Shown here piece by piece: positions 44,669 to 54,761 of a stretch of 58,453 bases of DNA (positions are counted from its first letter, which is position 1; every line of letters starts with the position of its first letter). The DNA is taken from the IMG/VR virus record IMGVR_UViG_3300025141_000103, positions 1 through 58,453 of that record. One strand, written 5' to 3'. The position numbers and the translations under genes are program-made. A model generated the notes under the pieces. The model made no database searches. It was not told the DNA's origin and saw only the letters and a list, made by a program, of their open reading frames with translations. The DNA is from a virus (taxonomy: Duplodnaviria; Caudoviricetes).

Positions 44669-45961
44669 TTATGGTTTATCTGTTGACCAAGTTGGATAAT
44701 CTGTAGTATCTCCAGAATCAGCGGTCAAAGTTCCATGATTACCATTTCCTGATGAATCATAAGCTGTAGTTCCACTACCCTCATTAAATCTCCAATATCC
44801 TACAATACCACTTTCGCCTGATAAATCCGTTTCACTTTTACCACGATATACATTTGCAACCCAATCAGAATCTTTAGCTGTATTAAAAATAGCTACATCT
44901 TGAAGACCACAAGCCCATCCGTTTTCATATTGGTTGCCTGATGTTCTGCGCCCCCCAAAAATCATACCACCAGTATCACCACCTGTGAAGCTCCAATTGA
45001 AATTATCTGTCTGACGAAGTACTCCGTTTACATATACTTTACGAGCCGTACCAGAAGATGTATCTGAGCGGTCATCATACGTTACTACTATATGATACCA
45101 AGTACCATCTGTTTTTAGATTCCAGTAACTACCGTCCTCAACTAACAATGATTCTTCTACTGGGGTGTCCATGTTAACCCATGCTTTTACTCCTGTATTT
45201 GAACCAATGCCGAAGAATGATTGACGTTTTCTATTAATACCAAATGTAAATCGTTGGTTATTGGCATGCTTTCTACCGAATGCAAACATAGTATTTCCTA
45301 CTTCATCTGGTCTAACCCAATAAGAAACAGTAAATCCTAAATTAAGGTTATAAGTATCGGGGTTAAAATCAGTTGTTACATGATTATTTAGACTACCAGC
45401 ACCAGCATTCCCACTAAATGTTAATGAGTAATTTTTTTCTGTAACTGCTCCACCACCTCGTGATATTTTTCTATCTTCAAAATTTCTTCTTATATATTCA
45501 GTAGTAGCATTATAAACATCTTTAGCTACACTTTCATTTATTTCATACAGATATCTATTCTCTGGTATGGTTAACCAACCTTTCCAAGTTAATTTTTGAT
45601 TAGCTTGTTTTTTTCTTCCAACGGTTGTTAACATAGATATTATCTTTGTATCTACAACTTTTATTTCACCAAGAATTGTTTTAATGTTACCTTTATATTT
45701 TGATGAGAAAGTAACTTTATTTTCTAACCAGCCAGATTCCTTTAATTCTTCTAAAATAGTAGATTTTTGTTTTTGTAATATAGAAATTTGATTTTTTAAT
45801 TCAAGTATTTCTTCCTCTAAATTTTCAATAATCCCATCTCTATCGTGAATATGATTTTCCAATTCTTCGACAGGAGCAAATAAGTTATCAGTATAATCAA
45901 TACCTTCAGAATACTCTGGATGTAATTTGTCAAATTCTTCTATATGTTTTTTTAAACTCAT
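44669..45961 (-). CDS. Coiled-coil plus LamG/concanavalin-A-like domain protein
   Basis: FTVSYWVRP, WYHIVVTYD, VYVNG, DVAIFN, GYWRFNEGSGTTAYDSSGNGNHG. Confidence 0.8.
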   Translation of the reverse strand: MSLKKHIEEFDKLHPEYSEGIDYTDNLFAPVEELENHIHDRDGIIENLEEEILELKNQISILQKQKSTILEELKESGWLENKVTFSSKYKGNIKTILGEIKVVDTKIISMLTTVGRKKQANQKLTWKGWLTIPENRYLYEINESVAKDVYNATTEYIRRNFEDRKISRGGGAVTEKNYSLTFSGNAGAGSLNNHVTTDFNPDTYNLNLGFTVSYWVRPDEVGNTMFAFGRKHANNQRFTFGINRKRQSFFGIGSNTGVKAWVNMDTPVEESLLVEDGSYWNLKTDGTWYHIVVTYDDRSDTSSGTARKVYVNGVLRQTDNFNWSFTGGDTGGMIFGGRRTSGNQYENGWACGLQDVAIFNTAKDSDWVANVYRGKSETDLSGESGIVGYWRFNEGSGTTAYDSSGNGNHGTLTADSGDTTDYPTWSTDKP

Positions 45962-45962
45962 T

Positions 45963-46385
45963 TTATTTTTCGTCTATGTCAGATTTCCAAGTTTTTGTGT
46001 GTATTATCGAATATACCCTCGTTGGTATTTCGTAAAGTCCCTCTTCATTTGTCAATAACATACGGTTTCTGTAGTTCTCCCAGGGTATTGGGAATGAGTT
46101 ATCTAATACACCATTGTTTAATGTCTTGACTAATTCATTAAGTGCGTTTATTGTGTATAAAGAGTTTGATTGTTTCTTTCTGTGTATGGAAATAGTATCT
46201 ACTGAACTCTCAATATAATCATCGGTTGCTTCTACGTTGTATGTACATATCAATTGATGATAATCATTCTCATTCTGAAATACATATATCTTGTCGAACA
46301 CTATATCGTTACAAGCTATAATCAAATCTATTGTTTCGTATAATCTATTCCTTTTACAAAATGTCGCTAACAATTGTGTCTTCAT
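45963..46385 (-). CDS. Hypothetical phage protein
   Basis: 140-aa ORF coupled to both neighbours. Confidence 0.6.
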   Translation of the reverse strand: MKTQLLATFCKRNRLYETIDLIIACNDIVFDKIYVFQNENDYHQLICTYNVEATDDYIESSVDTISIHRKKQSNSLYTINALNELVKTLNNGVLDNSFPIPWENYRNRMLLTNEEGLYEIPTRVYSIIHTKTWKSDIDEK

Positions 46386-48511
46386 TATTTTTTCCCCTTA
46401 AAGCAATTTTGCATATCTGTACTATAACTCATAGTGTTTTGTGTTTTTCCAGCTGCACCATTTTTTGAACGATAAGTTTTGTATCCTACTTCTGTTCTGT
46501 TATTGTCTTTATCAATGACGTATGTGTATACATTTTTACCAGTTACATTTCCTTTTTTATCATATTGTAACTCATCTACCTCTACTATTGTCATCTCTTC
46601 TTCAAATTCTTTTGAATTTTTTACACCTAAACATTCTTTTAAAACTTCACCATCAACTATATTTCCACCCATATTGACATCCATCGCTGCTCCCATAATA
46701 CTATTAGGATTTCCCTTTTCATATTTCTTAGGTGGATAATCCATCATATTAAAATGAAACGACCTTGATACTTCTTTTGCTTCCATTAATGTTCCAAGTC
46801 CTGATTTCATTTCGTTTAGTTTTTCAACTCTTTCTCTTTGCATAGAAACTACTTCTTCTCTTTGGTCAGATAAAGTTTTCTTAACATCTAAACCACCTAC
46901 ATCAGGATGTTGCTTTTGATACTCTAAACCTACTTTATTTATTGATTTTGTTATTTCGGCTGTAAGTTTACCACCATCGGCGGCATATCTCAAAAGCATT
47001 TGATATTGTTCTTCTACAGTTAAATCGTCATCAAGAGTCTTTCCCTCAGGCAAATATTTTTCAAATTTGCTATTTGCTGGCGGTTCTCCATTATCTCCAT
47101 ACAAAGCTTTACTTATGTTATTCTGAACACCTTGTGGATTATCTTTTAAAACTTTTGATAAATCTTCTTCAGGTTGAGTCAATAAATTATCAGCTACAGG
47201 TACTGCAGCTTTGTTGTAATTTTCTTCTATATCATTTATTTTTTCACTATATTCATCAATAAGTTTTTTAGCTTCTTCTTTTTCTTTATCTGTTAAGTTT
47301 GGATCGTTATCTATATTTTGTTTAAAATTTTCACCCTCTTGCATCAATGTTGAATTGTCTTGAATATCATTAGTAGTGGTTTTATCAGAATGAAATTGTA
47401 ATAACAGATTACCTTTATCATCGGTAACAAAAGTAGCAGTATCGGATGGATTCATTCCTTTACCACCTGCTCGTATAAAAGCTATAGCATCTTCTTTGTC
47501 TACTTCTTGTCCATTAGGTAAAATAACTGTTTTAGCTTCTTCTACCATTTTAACTTGAGCATCTATAGATTCTTGTGCTCCATAAAAAGTTTCAACCTTT
47601 TTTGGTTCACCAAATTTTTTGATTTTCTGTAATTTTTTAATTCTTTCTTTTGTTCTCTCAAGTTTCTTTTTTGCTGACCTAGCAGAAACTAAACACTTAG
47701 AGAAAAGATTTTCATTTTCAATATCTTCAGGTATATCCTTTTTATTTACACCAAAGGTTGATTTTTGTTCTTTTCCAAGCTTAGTTTTTTTAGTTCTCTC
47801 ATACATCTCTCTAGCTAAATCTTCTTCTGTCATATCAGGATTATCCATTAACATCTTAACTCCCTCTCCTGACATTATTTCATTGAAAGCTGAACCAGCT
47901 CCTCCTGGTGCAGGTTTTTTACCTGTTGCTTTTTTATAACCACTATATCCATGTTCTAACATATCACTTTTTACTTGATTATCACCTTTACTTAAATCTC
48001 CAGAAACAAAACTCTTTTTCTTCTTTTTAGGTTTATCATCTTCAGGTTCATCCATGCCTCTATCTGTATAATCAGTATTAACATTTTTATTATGGTCTTT
48101 ACCTCTATCCGCTACAGCGTCTTTACCTACTACAGTTGCTTTAGGTTCTTCTTTTTCTTCTCCACCCTTTTCTTTATCATCACCCTTTTCTTTATCATCA
48201 CCCTTTTCATCATCTACAGCAACAAGTTTATCACCATCTACTTTATGAGTAACCTTATTTACATTTTCAGGACCATAACCTTTACCTTTCCATTTCAATC
48301 CCATATCTTTAGCTTGTTTTGCTATTTTAGGATTTGTAGGTTTTTTTGGTGCTTCAAACAAAAGAGTTTTGATAGCGTAATCAACATCTTCTGTTAACAT
48401 ACCTTGTTCTATTAGATAGTTTTGTAGGGCATATACGTGTTTTTCATTAGTGAAGTCGGGTACTGCATAGTACTTATCTGCGAAATCGTTAAATAATTTA
48501 TTCCAATCCAT
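46385..48511 (-). CDS. Large charged protein, possibly an internal virion protein
   Basis: N-terminal LxE sites, D/E/K low-complexity linker, then a globular region with NPSD...HSDK. Confidence 0.5.
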   Translation of the reverse strand: MDWNKLFNDFADKYYAVPDFTNEKHVYALQNYLIEQGMLTEDVDYAIKTLLFEAPKKPTNPKIAKQAKDMGLKWKGKGYGPENVNKVTHKVDGDKLVAVDDEKGDDKEKGDDKEKGGEEKEEPKATVVGKDAVADRGKDHNKNVNTDYTDRGMDEPEDDKPKKKKKSFVSGDLSKGDNQVKSDMLEHGYSGYKKATGKKPAPGGAGSAFNEIMSGEGVKMLMDNPDMTEEDLAREMYERTKKTKLGKEQKSTFGVNKKDIPEDIENENLFSKCLVSARSAKKKLERTKERIKKLQKIKKFGEPKKVETFYGAQESIDAQVKMVEEAKTVILPNGQEVDKEDAIAFIRAGGKGMNPSDTATFVTDDKGNLLLQFHSDKTTTNDIQDNSTLMQEGENFKQNIDNDPNLTDKEKEEAKKLIDEYSEKINDIEENYNKAAVPVADNLLTQPEEDLSKVLKDNPQGVQNNISKALYGDNGEPPANSKFEKYLPEGKTLDDDLTVEEQYQMLLRYAADGGKLTAEITKSINKVGLEYQKQHPDVGGLDVKKTLSDQREEVVSMQRERVEKLNEMKSGLGTLMEAKEVSRSFHFNMMDYPPKKYEKGNPNSIMGAAMDVNMGGNIVDGEVLKECLGVKNSKEFEEEMTIVEVDELQYDKKGNVTGKNVYTYVIDKDNNRTEVGYKTYRSKNGAAGKTQNTMSYSTDMQNCFKGKK
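48163..48214. repeat. 18-bp coding tandem repeat (2 full copies plus a partial)
   Basis: cacccttttctttatcat x2 plus a partial copy; encodes DDKEKG. Confidence 0.85.
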
Positions 48512-48513
48512 TA

Positions 48514-49422
48514 TTAACCCTTGTGAATTTTACCTTTTCGTTCTTTGAACCATTTTCTAAACTGAGCTGGTGCACCAATAGTTATTGGTTTGTTACCACT
48601 TGCTGTTGATAATAATTTTTCTATTTCAAGTTTGGCTAGTGGACTATTATCCAATACTCTTTGCATTACAAACATATCAATTATCTTTGTATCATAGACA
48701 ACAATTTCATTCCACCAAGCACTTTTTTTGTTAACATCGGAATCAATCAAACTCTTTTTGAATATTTTTTTATTTTTGATTAGAGTTTTGTTTGCCACAT
48801 TAATAAAATCTTTTATATATTTTGCTACTAAAGGCCCTTGTTCTTCTTTAACTTTTGCTTTATACTCATCATACTTAATATCACCCTCTATCCATTTATC
48901 TTTATAGTCTCTTTCTATCTTACCCATTTTTCCATCAATACTATCAAAATCAACTTTTGAAGCCTTTAAAGCATTTGTCCATATCATCTTATCCTTATCA
49001 AACACGTGAAAAGAACTTACCCATCTACGACCTTGTTTATCAGGTGTTGTATCAAAATCCATACTTCTTTGTGCTAATAAATGTCCCTCTACATAACAAA
49101 TGATACCACCCATACCTGTTTGAACACCACGACCTTTAGCTAATGCTTCAGATTCATGAGTTTGTGTAAATGTTGAGATTGATTTTTTTCTTCCAAGAAC
49201 ATTTTTGAGTTGTCGTATTCCATCTGGTCCTGTAATGTGAAATGATTTTACAGGTATCTTTTTACCAAGTGCTTTCTCCACAACCGATGGTGTAAGAGGA
49301 ATGTATTCTTTTCTCCGTACCCAATTCAATACTGATTTTGTATGAGCGGGATACCACTCACCATCTATCCAACTTGGACCAACTTGTGCTTCTGTTAATA
49401 AGTCTTTAAGTTTAATCAACAA
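48514..49422 (-). CDS. Hypothetical protein with IKLKDLLTE leader; possible ADP-ribosyltransferase fold
   Basis: SFHIT...SISTFT...WNEIVV matches the H/R, S-x-S/T, E motif order of ARTs. Confidence 0.45.
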   Translation of the reverse strand: MLIKLKDLLTEAQVGPSWIDGEWYPAHTKSVLNWVRRKEYIPLTPSVVEKALGKKIPVKSFHITGPDGIRQLKNVLGRKKSISTFTQTHESEALAKGRGVQTGMGGIICYVEGHLLAQRSMDFDTTPDKQGRRWVSSFHVFDKDKMIWTNALKASKVDFDSIDGKMGKIERDYKDKWIEGDIKYDEYKAKVKEEQGPLVAKYIKDFINVANKTLIKNKKIFKKSLIDSDVNKKSAWWNEIVVYDTKIIDMFVMQRVLDNSPLAKLEIEKLLSTASGNKPITIGAPAQFRKWFKERKGKIHKG

Positions 49423-50695
49423 ACTTCTCCGTTATGTCAATAAGTTCATCATAATTATTTCCCCATGCAGCTTTAACTGGATACTTACCTCTCTCTAAAA
49501 CTTCTTTTATTTCTGTAAGAAGTGGTAATCCATCGTCAATGTGCATATCAAACAGAAATGAATCGTAACTATATAATACAAACTTACTCTTATATTTTCC
49601 CATTATTTTTCTTACATCCTTTATAACTAATGCATTCGATTCTGTCTCAAGTAACTGAATATAATAGTTAAATAACTTATTTGCGTTAAAATCATTTCCT
49701 CTTATTTGTCTACTATAAATATCTGATTTGATAAAATTCTCTCTCTTATAGAGTTGCCATAACTTATCTGTAAACTCTCTCACCTTACCGAAATACTCTA
49801 TACTCTCTGCTATGTCGTCAGGAATAAAACCATATAGATATTGGAATGAAAGACCCTTTGCTTCTTTATAACTAATATCAAATCTATCTGCAAAATGTTG
49901 GTGAACTGATTCGTCTGAAAACTTATAATCCACTTTCTCTGCAATCAATCTCAAGTGATATGCATCATAATCAAACTCAACTAATTTACCTTTACTACCA
50001 AACCTACTAATGAATTTTTTCCTACTACCATCATTCTTATTCAGAGCTGCAAAGTTAATTCCACCAAATCTATTGGATGGACGACCTGTGGAAGTGAATG
50101 GATTATACTCTGAATACACCATTCCATCAGGTGTTTGTAAACCATTTTTTTCTATGTATGTAAAGTTGTCAAACATATCGTTGTTATATGTCAAGATGTC
50201 AGGAGTAGGGTATTTTGAGACGATAACCTGTATTCCTGTTGCTATCTTATATAAGTGTGAGCTAAATCTCATTATAGGAATAGACGTATTTACATCTTTT
50301 TTCTCATGATGTTTCATATGATAATGTCGGATTATATCATCAGAATACAAATCAAAATCAGTTTTCTCACCTGTATTCCAATAGTTGAGTAGATTTACAT
50401 CAATAAGATTATTTAATCCAGTAAGGTGATATGCTTGTTTTTTATCAAGGGTATAGACATTTTTATTTTTATTTCTTAATATAGTTAAATCACCAAGTTG
50501 TAGACACAATCCATCGGTATGATTGAACGGTAATATATATGCACTATTGTCAACTAATAAAAAAAGAAAGGATAGTTTTGTTTCTACTGGATGTTTTTTG
50601 TGGTCGGTAGGAATAGGGATTGCGACAATCTCTTTTGCTTTCTCATAATCGTTCAAGAAAGCATTAAACTCGGAACTATTCTCTATGAATTTCAA
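49412..50695 (-). CDS. Short family-A DNA polymerase-like protein
   Basis: STGRPSN, EFDYDAYHLRL (motif A), EAKGLSFQYLYG (motif B), NYYIQ, YSYDS (motif C). Confidence 0.8.
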   Translation of the reverse strand: MKFIENSSEFNAFLNDYEKAKEIVAIPIPTDHKKHPVETKLSFLFLLVDNSAYILPFNHTDGLCLQLGDLTILRNKNKNVYTLDKKQAYHLTGLNNLIDVNLLNYWNTGEKTDFDLYSDDIIRHYHMKHHEKKDVNTSIPIMRFSSHLYKIATGIQVIVSKYPTPDILTYNNDMFDNFTYIEKNGLQTPDGMVYSEYNPFTSTGRPSNRFGGINFAALNKNDGSRKKFISRFGSKGKLVEFDYDAYHLRLIAEKVDYKFSDESVHQHFADRFDISYKEAKGLSFQYLYGFIPDDIAESIEYFGKVREFTDKLWQLYKRENFIKSDIYSRQIRGNDFNANKLFNYYIQLLETESNALVIKDVRKIMGKYKSKFVLYSYDSFLFDMHIDDGLPLLTEIKEVLERGKYPVKAAWGNNYDELIDITEKFVD

Positions 50696-50715
50696 TGTAT
50701 AACCTTTATATGGTT

Positions 50716-50740
50716 ATAAATATCAACCCTCTTTCCCAAA
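50716..50740 (-). promoter_or_regulatory. Class-2 motif TTTGG-N12-ATATTTAT
   Basis: Upstream of the PolA-like gene, overlapping the end of the previous gene. Confidence 0.55.
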
Positions 50741-51286
50741 TTCAATAAAATTATATATCTTCATTCGAATTTGTGGGAATGTTTTTTCTACTTCAAGGGT
50801 GTTCTTTACATTTAATCTTTCTTGTTCCTCAATGTCTTTACTAAGAGACCATCTCATTTGTGTTTTACGATATATAGCATCTGCATTCATGTACTTTGGT
50901 TTTTTAACTTCTATGACTGGTGCTTTATCATCTGATGCTAATTGTAAAAAATATCTAATAAAAAATCCTTTTGTATAATCTGCTTTCTTTGGTTCACATT
51001 TTTGATTTTTAAAATATTTTGATACTTTTACATTATTACTTTTAGCTTGTATGTAACCCTCAATGTCAGATAGATTTCTAACCCTTATTATTTCTTTTGA
51101 ATACTTTTGTGGATTAGGGAATGTCTGATAAACAACTCTTTTAGTCTTTGTTATTATTTTATGGTATTCTACACCACTTGGAACAAATATTGATGAATCA
51201 TAAGAATATACAAATTCTTTTACGTCTGTTACTCCAGCTGAAAACTCCAATTGTTCTATTGTTTTATCGTTTTCTAAAATAACCAT
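50723..51286 (-). CDS. Hypothetical protein at the end of the baseplate module
   Basis: 187-aa ORF coupled to the hub-like gene by TAATG. Confidence 0.55.
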   Translation of the reverse strand: MVILENDKTIEQLEFSAGVTDVKEFVYSYDSSIFVPSGVEYHKIITKTKRVVYQTFPNPQKYSKEIIRVRNLSDIEGYIQAKSNNVKVSKYFKNQKCEPKKADYTKGFFIRYFLQLASDDKAPVIEVKKPKYMNADAIYRKTQMRWSLSKDIEEQERLNVKNTLEVEKTFPQIRMKIYNFIEFGKEG

Positions 51287-54200
51287 TATTGTCCTTGCCC
51301 TGCTTCTGCTTTTTTAACACCTGATGTAAGCTTGTCTTCTTCGTTAATTTCTTTTGGAGGATTTGGGTCTAACCTAAATGGTGATTTTCTTCCTTTGGTT
51401 TTAGTTAAATAATCCACAAAGTTTAGATATGGTGGGTCGTTTGGGTTAGTATTTGGATCATCATCATTGACTATATCAGCTTGTTTTTGTAACATATCTT
51501 TTAAAATATTAGCTACTGGTTTCTTTGCACCAAACCCATAATCAATTCTCATTAAACCTCTAAGTTCAGTTTTCCAACCTGACGAATCTAAGGTATGAGA
51601 GACATCCATAATCTGAAATGCACAAGCATCTCTATATCTCTTGGGAATGTACGAACTTGAAAATGCTTCACCTGCATATATTCCACCTGTTCCATCTATT
51701 GTTATAGATAATTCTATTGGTGTAATAATATCTTTTGTTCTTTCTAAAGAAGTCGGTGATTGTTTCAAAAAATACATCAAAGCACTTTTAAAATGTTTTT
51801 TCATTACTCCACTATTTGAATATAAATATCTGAAATCTAAATCACCCATAAACCAATTTGCTACTGCTTTTCTATTTTTTTCTTTTGAAAGCGCATATAC
51901 ACCTGCAGCTCCTAATGCAAATGGAAGACTAATTGTTGCTGCAGCAACAAATAATGTTCCTATTAGTACTTTTTTACCAACGCTTGCTTCAGGCTCACCT
52001 GTTTCAGGGTCTATGACAGGAACACCATCATTTAATATTTCCATAATTTGTTTTTCAGTATAAATTTGGATAATCTCATCTACATCTAAAGTAATTCCTT
52101 TTTTACCATCAGGATAAGTAGCAGATGAATTTAATTCAGGCACTACATTATTTTCTGGAAGTGCATTGTAACCCCAATTATCATATGTTGAATTACCTAA
52201 TACTCTTTGAACATTTCTTAATATTTTATCTTCTGGATTTTTTGGTTCTTCCATTCCAGCGTTAAATAATTTACCTATAGCTCTACCTGCAGGGTCTAAC
52301 GTTAAATCTTCAGCTGCAGCTTCACCACTTCTTATATTTTTTCCGTAGATAGCTGCTGTAGCCATTTGTGATGGTAACTTGGTAACCATATTTTGATTGT
52401 AGACTATTGAATTAACTTGCCAAGCTGGAAATACCATCAATCCTGGATTTGGAACATTACCTTCAGTATCAACATAACCATTTGTTATTTCACCTGTATC
52501 AAAATCAAGACTTTTGTTATTTAATAAATTTCTTACAGGTTTTTCAGTACTACTATCTTCAATAACTTTAACTTGAAACTCATTGTCTGAATCTGCAGTT
52601 AGTTTAAATTCCCAAATACCACCACAAGCAGCACTAATTCTTGATAATAAATTCCCCAAACCACTTTCAAGTGAACTAGCTCTACCCATTTCTTCTTCTA
52701 TAATTTTTGAATGTATAAGTAAATTTCTTAAATAACCTTTTCCTTGTGGTGGTGCTTCTCCGTCTTTTGTTCCCTTTATTTTCTCTCTTATATTAACATC
52801 TCTTCTTTTCAATTTTTCCATTTGTTTATTAGAGGGACTATCATCTCCTAATGTACTTTCATCTATAGGTTCTACGTTAAATGGTGGTAATTCTCTTACT
52901 TTGTTCATCAACTTTATATATGACTGTCTTGTCCAAGAATACTTTTCAAAGTCCTCACCCATTGAACTAGCTGAACCACCTCCAATACCTGTGTTAGTGT
53001 CATCATTTATATTTGCTTTTACAAAATCTAAATCCATTGGCCATTGACCAGGTATGATAACTTCATTTGCATTTAATGTTATTAGATTAACAGAATCATT
53101 ATTTATTTTTACACTTTCATAAAAAAATACTCCATCCTTAGATTCAAATTTTCTATCTACAGAACGTATTTGATAACCTATTTTATTACCATCGTGTATT
53201 TTTGCAACATAACGATTTAATATATTATCTTCAAACCAACCATATGTTATATAAGGACCAAGATATCTTTCATCAATATCACTATTATTTTCAAAAACTC
53301 CAAGTAGTTCACAAATTATAGTATCATCAAATTCTTTACGACCCACACTCCCATCTTCATTTTTTACAATTCCATTAAACCAATCAGCATCTCCACCTGC
53401 ACCTAAAACTCCACCATCGTTATACTCATATTTTAAGTTCAATAAAATTTCTCTAAAATTTTCAAATAATATTTTTGGTGGTATATTTTGTATAACATTT
53501 GCATCTATATTTTGGTCTTTTCCAGCACTACCCAATCCCTTCTCAGCTAATGCTTTTTGTATAACTTCATTATCTCTTATTTTTTTAACTTCACCTTCTC
53601 TACTTTTTCTGACTCTACGTTCATCTCTAATTTGATTTCTAATATCAGCTGGTATTTCAAAGGATGGTGCTGTTTCAGAATCACCTAATGGTGAACTAAA
53701 AACATTAGAAGATGGTGATAGTATTTCTGTGACACAATCGAAACCACCATCATCTCTACCAGTCCATGTAAAATTTTTAACAACACCATATACTAATTCT
53801 TGATTACCTTCTCCTTTATTTCTAACTACTTTACTTAAATCTCCAATCTTTCTTGCATCTAGTTTTTTCCAATTATCATAAATAAATTCTTCAGGTGTGT
53901 GACCAGACCACATCCAACCAAACTCTAATGCTACAGATGCTCCAGGAGCTAAAAAATATGGTGTTAATCTTTGTAATGTATCAAAATCCCAACATATCCA
54001 TTTTATCTCAGCACTTCTGACAGCTTTACTTTGACCTTGTATTCTTGTACTTATACCTTTTAGTCCAGCTATTGGTCTGTTATAATTGTTTGTTTGATAT
54101 ACATCAGCAAACTCACCACGCAGTCCTCCACCAATCCTTTGTATATTCCCCCCCATCAAATAATCTTCACTTTTTTTCTGATTAATACTTTGAAGTAAAT

Positions 54201-54450
54201 CTGTAGAATCTTGATTAGTAGATAAATTTACTTTTTCTTCACCTGCTGAAATAACAACGGGTTCATTTGGTGCACCTTTAGGTACTGATAATGAAATCAT
54301 TCTAGCCCAAGTAGTTCTTGTTTGCATATAGTTAGATGGTTTTTGATTTGATATAGGTTCTTGAACTGGACGTTCTTTTCTTCCAGATTGTTTTATCTTT
54401 TCAATAAGAGTTTTTTGAACTGCTGAGTCAATTGGTTTTAACTGAATCAT
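51286..54450 (-). CDS. Baseplate hub-like tail protein
   Basis: Follows LysM/tail-X; LEFGW, NFTW...GGFDC and C-terminal LSITIDGTGG...FQIMDVSHTL..SGWKTEL resemble gp27/late-control-D hubs. Confidence 0.6.
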   Translation of the reverse strand: MIQLKPIDSAVQKTLIEKIKQSGRKERPVQEPISNQKPSNYMQTRTTWARMISLSVPKGAPNEPVVISAGEEKVNLSTNQDSTDLLQSINQKKSEDYLMGGNIQRIGGGLRGEFADVYQTNNYNRPIAGLKGISTRIQGQSKAVRSAEIKWICWDFDTLQRLTPYFLAPGASVALEFGWMWSGHTPEEFIYDNWKKLDARKIGDLSKVVRNKGEGNQELVYGVVKNFTWTGRDDGGFDCVTEILSPSSNVFSSPLGDSETAPSFEIPADIRNQIRDERRVRKSREGEVKKIRDNEVIQKALAEKGLGSAGKDQNIDANVIQNIPPKILFENFREILLNLKYEYNDGGVLGAGGDADWFNGIVKNEDGSVGRKEFDDTIICELLGVFENNSDIDERYLGPYITYGWFEDNILNRYVAKIHDGNKIGYQIRSVDRKFESKDGVFFYESVKINNDSVNLITLNANEVIIPGQWPMDLDFVKANINDDTNTGIGGGSASSMGEDFEKYSWTRQSYIKLMNKVRELPPFNVEPIDESTLGDDSPSNKQMEKLKRRDVNIREKIKGTKDGEAPPQGKGYLRNLLIHSKIIEEEMGRASSLESGLGNLLSRISAACGGIWEFKLTADSDNEFQVKVIEDSSTEKPVRNLLNNKSLDFDTGEITNGYVDTEGNVPNPGLMVFPAWQVNSIVYNQNMVTKLPSQMATAAIYGKNIRSGEAAAEDLTLDPAGRAIGKLFNAGMEEPKNPEDKILRNVQRVLGNSTYDNWGYNALPENNVVPELNSSATYPDGKKGITLDVDEIIQIYTEKQIMEILNDGVPVIDPETGEPEASVGKKVLIGTLFVAAATISLPFALGAAGVYALSKEKNRKAVANWFMGDLDFRYLYSNSGVMKKHFKSALMYFLKQSPTSLERTKDIITPIELSITIDGTGGIYAGEAFSSSYIPKRYRDACAFQIMDVSHTLDSSGWKTELRGLMRIDYGFGAKKPVANILKDMLQKQADIVNDDDPNTNPNDPPYLNFVDYLTKTKGRKSPFRLDPNPPKEINEEDKLTSGVKKAEAGQGQ

Positions 54451-54453
54451 TTT

Positions 54454-54750
54454 TTACTCATTTAATGTGTTGAAATTAGCGATTATTTTTGTTATATTTC
54501 CTGGAATTCTTACTTGAAAGTTTGGATTTAATACTGTTCTACCCTTACCCAAACCATTTGCTTGTGCGATTACCCACCATAAAGAAGCGTCATTATAAAA
54601 TTCAAAAGCGAGATTGTCTAATCTAGAACCATCTTTAGGATAAATAAATTGATCTTCATCTGATAATGGTATTTGTGGATATAAAGTTGGTACAAGAACT
54701 CTTTGTCCTTTTTTGTTAAATTTTAATAATGTATCGTCATATCTTCCCAT
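54454..54750 (-). CDS. LysM/tail-X-like baseplate protein
   Basis: GSRLDNLAFEFYNDASLWWVIAQAN...VRIP. Confidence 0.8.
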   Translation of the reverse strand: MGRYDDTLLKFNKKGQRVLVPTLYPQIPLSDEDQFIYPKDGSRLDNLAFEFYNDASLWWVIAQANGLGKGRTVLNPNFQVRIPGNITKIIANFNTLNE

Positions 54751-54761
54751 AATTTAAACTC

